This document shows, one piece after another, positions 22,481 through 36,022 of a stretch of DNA of 64,000 bases. Location: positions 93,426,885 to 93,490,884 of the forward strand of contig NC_068982.1 in NCBI RefSeq assembly GCF_001194135.2, written 5' to 3'. Below the pieces are notes generated by a model. It did not search any database. It had not been told where the DNA came from and saw only the letters and a program-made list of their open reading frames with translations. Position 1 is the first letter of the stretch; the number at the start of each line of letters is the position of its first letter. The DNA comes from Octopus bimaculoides (Eukaryota). A program made the translations under genes and the position numbers.

Positions 22481-24795
22481 CGAAGATCTTCCCAGAGCTA
22501 TATTGAGGCCTAGTGGAAGCTGAGAGCGGCTTCTTTGAGTAAACTGTTATCTCCCAGCCATAAACTAGTTGGTATTTTTTGAATTTTAAAACACTTTTAT
22601 ATTTGAATGAGCTATTGTTTTCTTTTCCTTTTATGCAATATGTCCAATTTAATCCAAACACCCTGTATCTGTTCTTGGGTGGTAGACTTAAACAAGTCGT
22701 TCGATTCTCACCACCGCTACTAGGCAATTGGGATTATTCTGTTGCAACAATTTGGTTAAGGTCTTCTGTGTGAAGATTACAGCAACAATCCATAATTCGC
22801 TGTTCCTTCTCTATTATCAGCAACCTTGCAAAGAAAAAATAAATGAAAAAGATTGTAAGGGCCTCTCTTCCTCCATTGGCAAAACCAAAAATCAAAGTTT
22901 CGTACAACGAATTCAAATCAAATGGTTTTTTATGTGTTGTGACAGAATGTAAACTAATTACACCAATAGTATTTAGTAATGTAACTGAAATTAGTGGGTT
23001 TCAGGTGTGCTTCAGTCTCAAACTACGTTTTACCTGTACACTTAACCGTTTTAGTCAACTCACTTAAATCTTAAAAGAATTCTAGGAAATTAGTTGTTGC
23101 CAACACCAGCAAAAATGAATTCAATAAATCTAGTACGGCTTGACGAGTTAGATTTTCTTTGTACTACTTACAACGCAGTTGCATTTTTATTGTTCGGGTT
23201 TTTCTTTTTAATAGTAAATTTCTAGTTGAACAGTCGTGATAACAAAGAATCTGCTAGGCTTTGCTGAAGAAACTTCATTTTTCTGTTTTACTAAAATTAC
23301 ACCGACTTAAAAGTTCCTAAATCTGTGCAAATTCTCCGAAATGAGTGACGTTTTTAAAACGTCTCGCAAATCCGAACTCCAGCAGATAAACGATACAAGT
23401 CAAATTTTTAAGGAAGGTCATGCGAATAGATTTTAAAGAGGGGTTTTAATACTGTTTTCTCTATTAACTTTTGATTGATAGTTTAACTGAAAGTGTAGTA
23501 CCATTCAAAAGGCTGTTGGTGACTACATCCGGCCTAGCTAAGGAAAACGTAAAGGCTAGAAAAATTATATATTTACTCTGTGTTTCTCCTTAATAACTTT
23601 TGGCAAAATGTCTGACTTCAAAGCGGAAAATGATATGATTTCACCATGGCTATCAGTAAGCATAGCTGTAGACAAGGAGGGGCCAGGGGTGGCTTAGCCA
23701 CCCTTGAAAAGTGTGCATCCCCCTAGGATTTATATCTATAATGTATTGGATAATAAATATGTATATTAAAACAATTATAAAAAAAAAGTATGATCCCCCT
23801 CTATGATCTTATCTTGCCCTACCACGAGTATATCGTCTAGTAACCAATCTGAAAGACAGACAACACATTTTCCTTTTCTAATGATCCTTTTGTAATGATG
23901 CTAGTAGAAAACTAACTAATATTCATTTAACGCGTATTCAGCTTTCTCTCTTGTATTTACTATTTTCTTTTTAATGAATGTAAGCCATGTTGATGCTAAA
24001 GCCGTATCATTTATGTTTAAAATCTGTTTCCTCCAGATACACACACACACACACACACAAAAGAATAAGTGTTGGTTGGACAGAAAATACTATGAATGGA
24101 TATACAAAGAAAAACAGCCACCATTGAAGATAATACAAGAGATGAAAGGCGTCTACACTACTTTCATTCATAATAGAAACATTTCTCGGATGATAATCGC
24201 CGTGAAGTACCAGACTAGCCGTAAATTAAATTTTCTGAATTATACATCTTATAGAAATTCGTCTGAGTTAGGAATATTAGCAAATGTTAACAATAGATAT
24301 TAAAATACAGAAACTTTTCGTTAGATAAAGTATTGATTTCGAGACTAGGTTCAGAGAAAATTCCCTGTGTGTTATAGTAATGGACACTCTTCATCTCTTC
24401 TCTCGATGTCGCAATTCATCCAGTATCTTATAGTATCATTCCCTTCCTATGTACGGAAAAAAAAAAGCTAATGAATTTCGGAGTCTCTGGCTCACAACAA
24501 TCACTCTTCTCTCCATCTTTTTGCCATTCCCGGTGACATACTATTGAATTAGTTAGTTATACACAAATACTTATTTAGTCATTTATCATATTAGCTACGA
24601 ATGTTGGTTTCCGCTTTGCCTATAGAATAAATCTAGTATTCCTTATTCTTATATCACAGTTGGAATATTGCTCCCCTCTGTGACCACCCTGTACGAGAGA
24701 GAGAGAGATATTTAGAAATCGATCATAGACTATTGAGGAAAATAGGCAGCAATCCATGTCTCAATTACGGTGATGAAATCAATCAGTTTATCATT

Positions 24796-26109
24796 GTCAA
24801 CAAGAAATGTGTGACTGTTTCTCGTAATTTTCCAAGTTAATCTTCAAGTTGTTATAACGGTTAGTCACTTTGTTGATTCTGGTTTTTCTATTGTTATTAA
24901 CTGTTGTGTGTCTTAAGGTCCTTGTTTTGCTGCCCTACGGCAGTTATGTTGAGGCTCTCCCCTTTGTTTAAAGGGGGAAGCACAGTCGGGGAAAAATGGA
25001 ATATGACAATTTGATTTCTTTGGAATTCACAACGTCCGAGGAGGAATTGCTGAGAGCAATTTCTGTGGCGGACAAAAAAGAAGAAAAAGTTAATTTTGCG
25101 GCCTTGGCCAAAATTCACAAAGAAATAAAGGTCAATATGGAGGAATTTGGAAAATACAAGAATATGCTATGTAGGGAGGGGCAGGACGTGAAGGTCACTC
25201 CTCAAGGTTAGAGTGGAGGGCAGGATCCCTCACTGTTACAAATGTGGCCAAAAATTCCACATTAGAGCGGAATGTCCTCCACCACCCGTAAAAACACCAG
25301 AGATACCCGATAATGGAAAAGAAACTGCACCTCCACCGCCGGCGAGAACCAGTGGGGGAGAACTCAGCACCGAGGAAGAAGGTGAAAACAAAGAAAAAGA
25401 CCAAAGACGGATGGGAAACAGCAGGAAAGAGAAAAAAAGCACAATCTGTTAAGGATGACCCCTCTCATCCCACACCCACCCGACTCCCGCCTAGACCCAC
25501 TCTGCCCCACCCTTCCCCTGAAAACACCAACCCTCACCCTACTCCACCTGACATTGATAAACTAGACACAGACACACAAGAGCCCCAATTTTCCAACCTT
25601 CACCCCTTTAAAAAAAAAAAAGAATTGTGCTTCACAATGCGTCACATGCTAAGCTATGTAAGGAAGCAAACAGTTGGGACGAACTGATAAAGGTAAACAT
25701 TATAGAATGTAGGAAGGTATCCTTGCACTTTGTGTAATAGCGGACCCTAAAAGCACATCAAGACTAAAAGAATACAGGAACAATGTTTTTTTACTGGGAA
25801 AAGAAAAATGACACCAGGGGAATACCAATAACAGTAAATTTCCACGAACTTCTTAGAGATCTTAATAGACATTTTATGTACTGAATAGATGTTAAAAGTT
25901 TTTTTAAATAAGTAATTTATCGTTTTAACAAGTATAAATAAAATCGCTCGGATGTGGAGTCAAATGGCTTCATTTCATTTTTCCTTTTCATTATTCAATT
26001 CATCCTTTTTGATTCGTTTTTTTTATTTTTTATCCCCACCTTTGTGTTTTTGTCTGTCCTTGTACTGTCCCCTCTGTGTTTGGCCCTTTGTGGGCAATAA
26101 AGAAATAGA
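24796..26109 (+). mobile_element. ORF1/gag-only retroposon copy E (internally deleted)
   Basis: VEGRIPHCYKCGQKFHIRAEC knuckle; tail TGTCTGTCCTTGTACTGTCCCCTCTGTGTTTGGCCCTTTGTGGGCAATAAAGAAAT; possible TSD AATCAGTTT(A)TCATT at 24781 and 26110. Confidence 0.75.
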
Positions 26110-27220
26110 AATCAGTTTTCATTTCTATAAAACTGTCGCGAACGTTTCATTCATTCCAGTAAAATAAAGTAAATATAGACATATAACACATCTAACATTA
26201 TTCTCTGACTTAATCAAAGAGCAGCGGCCATGACCTTTTTCGGGACTTCCGAGACTTGTGGGTGTTTGAGTAGTTTATCCTCAAACTGGAAGCTTGAGCC
26301 GTTATTTGCAACAGAGTAGACTGACAACTATGAATGACTAAAGGGATTTTTACGCCCCTTTACAATTGCACCAAGGGGGAACACCTGTTTATGGTTTCTG
26401 CTTTATAAAGTAGATCGGGTTTAACATAGAATTTTGTCATGGTTTAGCACTTTCAACTGTAATATCACATCAATCGACTCTTTCCGACAAAAAAAAAAAA
26501 AATTACTGACCTTATGGAAAGCATCCTTTTATTTATAAAGCTACAAACCTATGCTAAATTGTATTCAACATTTATTATTGTGAACCTGATAGATTCTATA
26601 CAAAAGTAAATTTATCAAAGTATGTTTGTGGTCCAGATGCTTATTGCTAGTTTCATGAATTATCTTCCCAAAATCAACAAATGCATTTCAATTACATGAT
26701 CTTACGTCGCGGATGTGTAGTAGACAACTATATGAACTAACAGTAGATAAGATACAAATTTTATAGAAGAAATATCAGCCAGAGCTAATAGTATATTTCC
26801 GTTAATGAGGGTAATAGCTAATCATTCAGGCCCTCTTTTCTATACATTTAATTTGTGGCATTCTGCTTTCACTCTATTTAAGACAGGATTTGAAATTCAG
26901 AGTGCATGAGTAGGTTAAAAAAAAAGTCGAAATATTGAATGGCCTCAATTAAAAAAAAAGTAAAATTTGTTTTGCATGCAGAAAGTGTTCTCTAATGCAA
27001 TCTGAAATTACTATTCTTCTCATTAATTAAGAGAGTTTGTGCTATGTGAGTTAGATTGTCTGCGATACGAATTACACCGGTTCATAAAATTTTGTCATCA
27101 AATGGACATTCTGTATTTGATGTCACATAAGCCGTCAGACGCTTCAGATTCGTTGGGTCCCAGTACTGTAGCGATCAGTTGCATGCACTATAGCCATTGG
27201 AATGAAGTTATAAAAATCCT

Positions 27221-28942
27221 CCTTATTTAATTTATCAATTAGGATTGCTGTTAAGTACTTGTTTGTTTGTTTTACTATTGTAGGTTTTCCCTTTTGGGAT
27301 TACCTTTGGTGACTCAACTGTTTTTGTGTCGTTTTTTTGACACATTGCCTGCTTCGACAGGTTTGTTTTTATATTTGTTTCCCCCCGTTCAGGGGCGAGC
27401 AGTTTTGTGTGAAAAGTTTTGTTTGACACAATATGGAAGTGACGGACTTCCCTTATGTGTGTCCGACTACTTAAGAGTTGGACGAACTGTGTAAACCCTT
27501 TAGTGAGGATGAAGCTGAAGTACAGTGTCAGCGTATCAGAAAGCATACAAGAAGACAGGGAGACAACCAGTAACGCGGCTGAAGCCTTTGGTGAGACGCA
27601 TAACATCAGCTCAGACAGAGTCAGAAAGTTTGAGTCAATTCTACAGACAGAGGGATTAAATATGAAGCTGACTCCACTTTGAGAAGTGATGGAAGACGAA
27701 AAAAAGAAAACCATCATTTATAGGACACTGTCTATGAAAACGAAGAGGACAGAGATGGCATCCAGGGATGCCATCGAAGAATGCCTAAAACCAATATGGA
27801 GTAGAATTGAGTACATTAACAAAGGGAGGAGGTTTGGCACGGTAGCGATACGAATCACCTCAGAGTAGGAAGCGAAAGAACACTCAGTAATAACCTTACA
27901 GTCGGCAGAGCTAATGCTGCTGCCGTCTTATCTCGGGAAAAGAACGGCTAAAACCGCCATCGAAGGAATTCCACCAGAAATTCAGACGGAGTTGCTGATA
28001 CCAGCCGTATTTGTTAATATAAAGGAGGATGTAACCATCCTCGAAGCTTTCGAAAAGGGTAAACAGAACCGGTGCGGTAAAAGTCTAAGCCTAATAATTC
28101 AGGCCACTACAAACGATCTGGAAGAAATGCCAGAATTTGTTGTATTACTATACGGCACTAAATTAAAGATAATGGTTCAAGGAAGAAGACTAAGGTGCTT
28201 CAGGTGCAGTCTAAAAGGGACACATTAAGGTAACGTACCCCTGGACCTGCAACCTGAAGTACACCCAGCTACAAACAACCTAGCACAGCCAGAAGGAGGA
28301 AAAGGAAACCCGCACATCGTAGACAAACAATATGAAGAGAGGACACGGACCTCTGTGTCTAACTCTATAACAGAAAAACAAGAAGACCACATTAGGGGAG
28401 CCGTTGGAAAAAAAAAAGTACTCAGAAAGAGACACCAAAAAATTTACCATCAACCTCAAATGAGGTGAGTAACGAAGATTGTACTATGGTTAGGAGGAAA
28501 AAGAAAACGAAAGATACCCTCCCTCAAACAAATACTTCAAACATACAAAAACCAGCATCCACAACATTCACACACTCATCCTACTCGAAGCAAAACTCCG
28601 CACTCACACAATTTACACACGAGACACAAAAATCGTACTCCTTTTTTTTTTTTTTTTCCCAACAGAACTAATTACAATCCACTCACTCAGGACATCACAC
28701 TACCTGCTTCACCCAGAAAACTACTTTGGCCACATACAGAAATTCATATATCAACCCTTCCACAGCTGAACACATAACGTGTTCAAAATTATTGCATGAT
28801 TCTTACATTAATTGTTACCCCTTTTCGAACTGTGATTGATATACTTTTGAAAATTACTTGTTATTCCAAGTAATTCAATTGGAACTCTTTGTCATCCCAT
28901 GTTGATGGAAGCGAGTTTATATTTGGGAGAAGAAAAAAAAAA
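27221..28942 (+). mobile_element. ORF1/gag-only retroposon copy F (full length, decayed)
   Basis: YINKGRRFGTV..LLPSYLGKRTAK..IPPEI..VQGRRLRCFRC; A-rich tail; TSD TTATAAAAATCCT at 27208-27220 and 28943-28955. Confidence 0.8.
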
Positions 28943-29359
28943 TTATAAAAATCCTTCCCTTCAGCTCCACTTCCATTTTGTTCTATGGAGTCATTACAGT
29001 TCTCAGTTTCTTTTTTTTTTTTTTTTCATAGTTTGATTACATTTCTCAGCTTGTCTTTTTTTGATCCCCAATTTCTCTCCATATTTTCAATAACGCCTAA
29101 CTCCCGTTCGGTTGCACAGTTTATATTTTGATTGGCATATTCAATTACTTTCAACTTGTTTTACATCATATGAACTTCATTTTCCTTTCTGCTTAAAGAA
29201 TATAACAGGAAATTGTTATAGTCGTTTGTTAGTATAATACTACTGTGTGACGGTTTTCCTGAATCTGTAATTCTTGTAGAAGCTAATAATTCTTTCTTGA
29301 AATTTATGGTCCACAGACAAGAAAGAACAATATCACAATATACATATTGATTTCAAATT

Positions 29360-29565
29360 TTCGCACAAGGTCAACAATCCTAGGGGAGTGGGTAAGTCGA
29401 TTAAATCGACCCCAGTGTTCAACTGATACTTATTTTATCGATCCCGAAAGGATGAAAGGTAAAGTCAACTTCAGTGGAATTTTAATTTAGAACGTAGTGA
29501 CGGACGAAATGCCGCTAAGCATTTTGCCCGGCGTGGTAACGATTCTGCGTGCCCGCCGCCTTAAT
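29360..29565 (-). mobile_element. tRNA-derived SINE (GGCGAG-head family), full length
   Basis: Head, hairpin region, B box and body all recognisable. Confidence 0.85.
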
Positions 29566-31559
29566 CACAATACACATATCAATTTCCATTTATTCATTTG
29601 AGGTAGTTTTTAAGGTAGTGTGTCAGATATGTGTGTCGGTGGGTTGGTGTTAGTCAAATGCACGTGCTATACGATCAATAAGCGATAAAATAAAATAAAA
29701 AATACACTGCTCGAAATACAACAGTACTTCCGCCAGCAATTTGTAATGATAATAATGGATAATATAAAAAAAAAAAATGACATTGTTAACTGCAAGTATG
29801 TCACCAGTACTCGCTGTTGCTAGGTAGATCTGCTTAGTTAATATAGTGTGGATCAATGCTTTTGCTAGCTTATGATCGGTTCTTGGTGACGTCGATAGTT
29901 GGGAAGTGATTTGGTGCAACAATTGGTCATAGAATTTATTAGATACTAGTCTGGTGAGCAGGCTGATTATCATGCCATTTCCACCGGCTCTCTTCTGTTT
30001 GAATCTAATATACCTGCGAATTGAGTTTCTTTGTAATTATGCCATAAATTTATTTCGTTTACTTCGATAATCCTTAACAAATATTACTCGTCCAATATAT
30101 TTATCGGAACTTTTGGTGTGTTTGTCCTTCTTTGAATAAGTTTTTTCGTCAAATATGACAATCTTTCGTGGTTGTCGGTCATGCCGTATTTCTGCCGATG
30201 ATTTTCCATCGCATCGTACGATGAGAGAGAAAAAAAAAAAACAACAACAACAATATTAGAATAAATGCTTACCTGTCCAACATATGAACGATTTTCATGG
30301 CAACCTTTTCGGATGCATTATTTGAAAGCTTGGAACATGCGACATCAAATACCGTATGTCCATTTGATTACCTAATTTAGATTAAGTACAATTATTTCTG
30401 CCATGCGTGATACAGTGAGAATTATCGGAGTATTAGGTCAATATATATATATATATATAATCTGATACTTAAACGAGAGTAAAATGTCGTGCCCAGTATG
30501 TTAATATGTTGCTAATGTACCTGATAGAAATATTACTGAATGATCCAAAATAATCTGGACTATATCAAATACACCATACCATTTTACGACAAAATGTGGA
30601 TTATTGTCATTGGCTCGTTCTGGAAATTTCGATATTTATATATATANNNNNNNNNNNNNNNNNNNNNNNNNNNNNNNNNNNNNNNNNNNNNNNNNNNNNN
30701 NNNNNNNNNNNNNNNNNNNNNNNNNNNNNNNNNNNNNNNNNNNNNNNNNNNNNNNNNNNNNNNNNNNNNNNNNNNNNNNNNNNNNNNNNNNNNNNNNNNN
30801 NNNNNNNNNNNNNNNNNNNNNNNNNNNNNNNNNNNNNNNNNNNNNNNNNNNNNNNNNNNNNATATATATATTTCACTGGACCATGCCGCAATGACCTTCA
30901 TGCAGTTGAATTTACATTTTTCTTATTTTTTAAGAGCGGTTATCCAAGAAAATTTGAATACGAAATTAATAAATCCCATGATTATTTAGTGCATTACGTT
31001 TTTCCAACTCTTATATGCTCGTCTTCAGTATTTAGTTTTCCCGGCCAACCCTTACTAACTGATTGTTTAATGTCAGGAATAATACTGAAATGAACATTTG
31101 TTACTGATTTCTTGATATGATTTTTTTTTTTTTTAAGTTACAAATTCAACTTCAATTTCGTTTTTGATTCCCTTACAACATCCGTTCGAATGATTGTCAG
31201 ACCGACACAAATTTGGAATTATAATTTCCATTTGTTGCTATGTATGCATTCGCTATACGACCAAAATTCTCCACATCGATTACATTTTTTTTTCATCCTT
31301 CTATAAACAAACTTTCTTTTCGTGTTGAATATAACATTTAAGACAGCTTTTTCATACATTTTGTTATATTTTTGCTTGTATAACAAGTAATTTTAGATAT
31401 TTAAAAAAATCTAATTAGATAAAATTATTAAAAAATATCGTTAATGTCGTTTGTCACTGAGGTTGAACCATTAAGTAATAGCTCGGTTTCCTTAGCACGA
31501 ATTTAGTGACTTAATGTATTACTCACTGATGGCTTCTCGTCACGTCAATCAATCATATA

Positions 31560-31700
31560 GTGCTGAAGGCGTGTGGCCTTGAGATTAGTGTTACACTGAC
31601 GATTGCATGATCGTGGTTTCGATTCCCTGACAATGCGTTGTGTTCTTGAGCAAAGCACTTCATTTCACTTTGCTCTGGATCACTTAGCTGTAACTCCTAC
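31560..31700 (+). mobile_element. Degraded tRNA-derived SINE with CORE/V-like segment
   Basis: GGTTTCGATTCCC B box followed by GTTGTGTTCTTGAGCAAAGCACTT. Confidence 0.55.
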
Positions 31701-32394
31701 GACTGACTAGCATTGCGTTCACGGGATACGTGATCTCGATCAATTATACGCCATGGAAACCAGGTAACTGGCCCCTGTGAGTCCTAGGATTCGAGACCAT
31801 AATATCCAGGGGTCGATGATGATGACGATTGATTTGTACTCATTATACATTTGGTGAAATTTATTCAAGTCAGTCAAAATACGCTTGTGTGTGTGTGTGT
31901 GTGCGTGCGAGTGTTTATTCGGTCAGTTTTTCAGTAATTATTTTGTCTTACTTTTTGGGACCGACTACTTAATTTATTAAGATATCCGTTTCATAACTAA
32001 TCCCCAGCCATAAATACGAATTTCTGCTTGTCTCCAACGTTGTACGCTTTCAAATCTGCATTCAAACGTTGGAGATAAATTTTCCTTTTATCACGATTAC
32101 GGTCGAATTGCTGAAGAATGGAAACACAAGTGACTGATATATTTGTGTTAAGTTGATAATCTACAATTGTTTTCTGGAATATAGAAAACGTTTCTATTTT
32201 TTGTTGTTGCTGTATATCTGTTTGTGGTGACTGAATTTCTTTCGTTTGATGGTGTATTAACATTTGCGAGACAGTTGTCTCAATGAATAACTTTTTGCCT
32301 AGACTTTCGAAATAGCATTGTAAAAAAGTCCAAAAAATTATGACAAAGAAATAAAAATACTGGTAGCAAGTCGTGATGATAATAATAATAATAA

Positions 32395-32770
32395 CCTTTT
32401 CTATAATAGGCACAAGGCCTCAAGTTTTGAGGAAGAGGACTAGTCGATTATACTGGTACTTAATCTATCGACCCCGAAGGGATGAAAGGCGTAGTCGACC
32501 TTAGCGGAATTTGAACTCAAAACGTGAAGACGGAGGAAATACTATCAAGCATTTTGCTTGGCGTGCTAACGATTTTGCCAGCTCACCGCTTTAATAATAA
32601 TAATCCTTTCTATTATAGGCACAAGGCCTGAAATTGGCGGTGCGGGGACTAGACGAGTACATCGACCCCAGTGTTTCACTTGTACTTATTTTATCGACCC
32701 CGAAAGGGTGAAAAGCAAAGTCGACCTCGGCGGAATTTGATCTCAGAAGTTAACTGTAGACGAAATACTT
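32395..32770 (-). mobile_element. Two tandem SINEs; the right one is the 3' half of the SINE interrupted by elements C and D
   Basis: Full copy ~32395-32592, (TAA)n, then 32600-32770 breaking at AAGTAT|TTCGTC. Confidence 0.85.
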
Positions 32771-34434
32771 ATTTCTTTATTACCCCAAAAAGGCTATACA
32801 AAGAATTTTTAAGATATCACAAAACATAAAGACGGTACAAAACGCAACAAACATAAATCGGGGAACTAAAAATTACAAAATCGAATGATAATAGAAGAAA
32901 AATTAAAATAAAATGATAATATGCAAGAATGAATAAATGAGGCACAATGTCCACTCAACCCCCGAAGTCGGGTGGTTACATTTATCTAGTTTTTCACTTT
33001 CACGTTCAACATCATGTAGACATTTTAGCGGTTTTGCAACTCAAAAAATTGAAATACTCGCGTTACCTTTCTCCCATTAACCACTGTTACTTCCGTCCTT
33101 ATCAATTGCAAATAATCAGTTCTAGTGGGTGGTGTCTCCACCAACCATATCCGTTTCGTTTTATATTTTCACTAAGTTCTTTTATGTACTCTCAGTAGTT
33201 TTCCTCGTTTATCAAAATGCATTCCCCAGCACGTTTCTCCGGCGTCTTCACTCTTACTATTTCCTCCGACTTCGCGAATTTTCTCTCCATCTGCACGCTC
33301 TTCTCGTACTTTATAAAACAAAACCCTTGTATTTTACATCTTTATCCGTTCTATCCTCCTCTTCTTGTGCATTATTAGTTTCTGGCTTTTCTATCTCTTT
33401 TTTGTTTTCTGTTGACCGTTCCTTTGACTTATTTTCTTTCGCTTTTTAGGGTTAGTAGCTCCATTTTCGTTCTTCTCCTTTGTTTTCTCTGTTTCACACT
33501 TCTGTCTCTCTTTCGTTTCCTCAGTGTGGTCTACAATGTTTTCCTCCTCTGCATGTGCTTTCTCTTGCTGTGGCTGTGTGAACTCATATAGGGGTCATTT
33601 GGTCTTCATATGATCTCTTTCTCCGCATATGTATCAATTTGGTTTCCTTCTCTCGACTACAACATTTAACGTTCTCTCATTCTCCACTTCTATCTGGTAT
33701 GGAATTCTTTCTATGTCCTCGAATGTGACAAAAAGCCACATTTCGAGTCCAAATCCCCACCATTTGCGCACTTTCAATTCCGCCACTGGTCCCAATTCCG
33801 GCTCCTCCTTGGTTGCACTCAGTACTGTTGCAACCAACCATTCCGGTTTAATCTCTGGTGGCACTCTGGGAATACGTATTTTCACACTTCTTCTTCCTCT
33901 ATAACTTGGTAGTAATGCTATTTTTGTATTTCTTAAAATGTTGGACGCATGCTTGGTTGCCTCTTCTATAGTGGCGAAACTCACCTCAACCGTACCGAAC
34001 TTTCTTCCTCTGCTGATGTACGTGGCTTCATTCACAATTTCACCCAGGCACTCCTAGATTTCCTATTCCGTCACCATTTGAATTTTAGAGGTTTCGACAG
34101 CCTGTGTACGATACACAACTGTCCTCAGAATTTTTTTTTCTTTAGTCTCTTTTGGGGGACACAATTTGTATGAGTCTCCCTCAACTTCCTGCTTCTGGTC
34201 ACCTCCTCCATATCCAACTTGATTAACTTGGTTTTCAGTGTCCCTGGTGTAGCTCTCCATACTGGAGACCCTTATCACTCGCCACAGCTGGAGGAAAGAA
34301 AACAAAAAAAAACAGCGGTTCGCGTGAAACGTAACAACAATAATTTCACAATTATTCACAGAGACAACTTACAGTAATTCACACAGTTTTCACAGAGTAA
34401 CGCAGCAGTTTTCACAATAATTCACAGAGACGTT
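32771..34434 (-). mobile_element. ORF1/gag-only retroposon copy C (full length, no gap, stops in ORF)
   Basis: 1664 bp from AACGTCTCTGTGAA to GGGGTAATAAAGAAAT; YISRGRKFGTVEV..LLPSYRGRR..VPPEI..RKPN; no RT. Confidence 0.9.
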
Positions 34435-34440
34435 ATACCG

Positions 34441-36022
34441 ATTTCTTTATTACCCATAAAGGGCTATACAAAGAATTTATTAAGACATCACAAAACATAA
34501 AGACAGTACAAAACGCAAACATAAAATCGGGGTCATTAAAATAAAATGATAATATGCAAGAATGAAAAAAAAATGAGGCGCAATGTCCACTCGATCCCCG
34601 AAGTCGGGTGGTTACAGTTATCCAGTTTTTCACTTTTACGTTCAACGTCATGTAAACATTTTAACGGTTTTGTAACTCACAAAATTNNNNNNNNNNGAAG
34701 TCGGGTGGTTACAGTTATCCAGTTTTTCACTTTTACGTTCAACGTCATGTAAACATTTTAACGGTTTTGTAACTCACAAAATTCAAACACTCGCGTTACC
34801 TTTCTTCCATTAATCATTGTTACTTCCGTCCTTAACAACTGCAAATAATCAGTTCTAGGGGGTGGTGTCTCCACCAACCATACCCGTTTCGTTTTATATT
34901 TTCACCAAGTTCTTTTATGTACTCCCAGGAGTTTCTCTCTTGTATTAAAATGCATTTCTCAGCACATTTCTCTGGTATTTTCACTGTTAATGTTCCCTCC
35001 AACTTCTCGACTTTTCTCTCCATCTGCTCGCAATTCTCATACTTTATCAAAAACCCCTTGTATTTCACATCTTTATCCGTTCTCTCCTCCTCTTCTTGTA
35101 CATTATTAGTTTCTGACTTTTCTATCTCTTTTATGTTTTCTGTTGACCGTTCCTTTGACTTATTTTTCTTTCGTTTTTTAGGGTTAGTAGCTCCATTTTC
35201 GATCTTCTCCTTTGTTTTCTCTGTTTCACACTTCTGTCTCTTTCATTTCCTCAGTGTGGTCTACAATGTTTTCCTCCTCTTCTTGTGCTTTCTCTTGCTG
35301 TGGCTGTGTGAACTCATATAGGGGTCATTTGGTCTTCATATGATCTCTTTCTCCGCATATGTAGCAATTTGGTTTCCTTCCCTCGACTACAACATTTAAC
35401 GTTTTCTCGTCCTCCACTTNNNNNNNNNNNNNNNNNNNNNNNNNNNNNNNNNNNNNNNNNNNNNNNNNNNNNNNNNNNNNNNNNNNNNNNNNNNNNNNNN
35501 NNNNNNNNNNNNNNNNNNNNNNNNNNNNNNNNNNNNNNNNNNNNNNNNNNNNNNNNNNNNNNNNNNNNNNNNNNNNNNNNNNNNNNNNNNNNNNNNNNNN
35601 NNNNNNNNNNNNNNNNNNNNNNNNNNNNNNNNNNNNNNNNNNNNNNNNNNNNNNNNNNNNNNNNNNNNNNNNNNNNNNNNNNNNNNNNNNNNNNNNNNNN
35701 NNNNNNNNTTTTTTCTTCTTTAGTCTCTTTTGGGGGACACAATTTGTATGAGTCTCCCTCAACTTCTATCAAATTCCTGCTTCTGGTCACCTTCTCCGTA
35801 TCCAACTTGATTAACTTGGTTTCTAGCGGCACTGGCTTCCTCACCGCAGTGGCCTTGGTGTAGCTCTCCATACTGGAGACACTACCACTTGCCATAGCTG
35901 GGGAAAAAATGCAGCAGCTCTGTGAAACGTAACCGTAATAATTCCACAAAAATCACAATTATTTACCGAGACAGTTTTCACAAAGTAACACAACCGTATT
36001 CACAATAATTCACAGAGACGTT
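34441..36022 (-). mobile_element. ORF1/gag-only retroposon copy D (tandem with C)
   Basis: Separated from C by CGGTAT (34435-34440); VEGRKPNCYICGERDHMKTK; N gap 35420-35708. Confidence 0.9.

Noticed and set aside
22500-22930. Possible mariner transposase remnant on the minus strand
   Set aside because: Only vague similarity; no TIRs or catalytic motifs are recognisable.
23036-23497. TA-CACTT...AAGTG-TA bounded segment, possible MITE
   Set aside because: The inverted match is only about 5 bp; not supportable.
29650-30380. Open frames and splice-like sites near 29.7-30.4 kb
   Set aside because: No consistent phase chain or recognisable protein could be built.
34606-34785. ~80-bp duplication in the 3' UTR of element D
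   Set aside because: It straddles a 10-N gap and is absent from B and C; assembly artefact.
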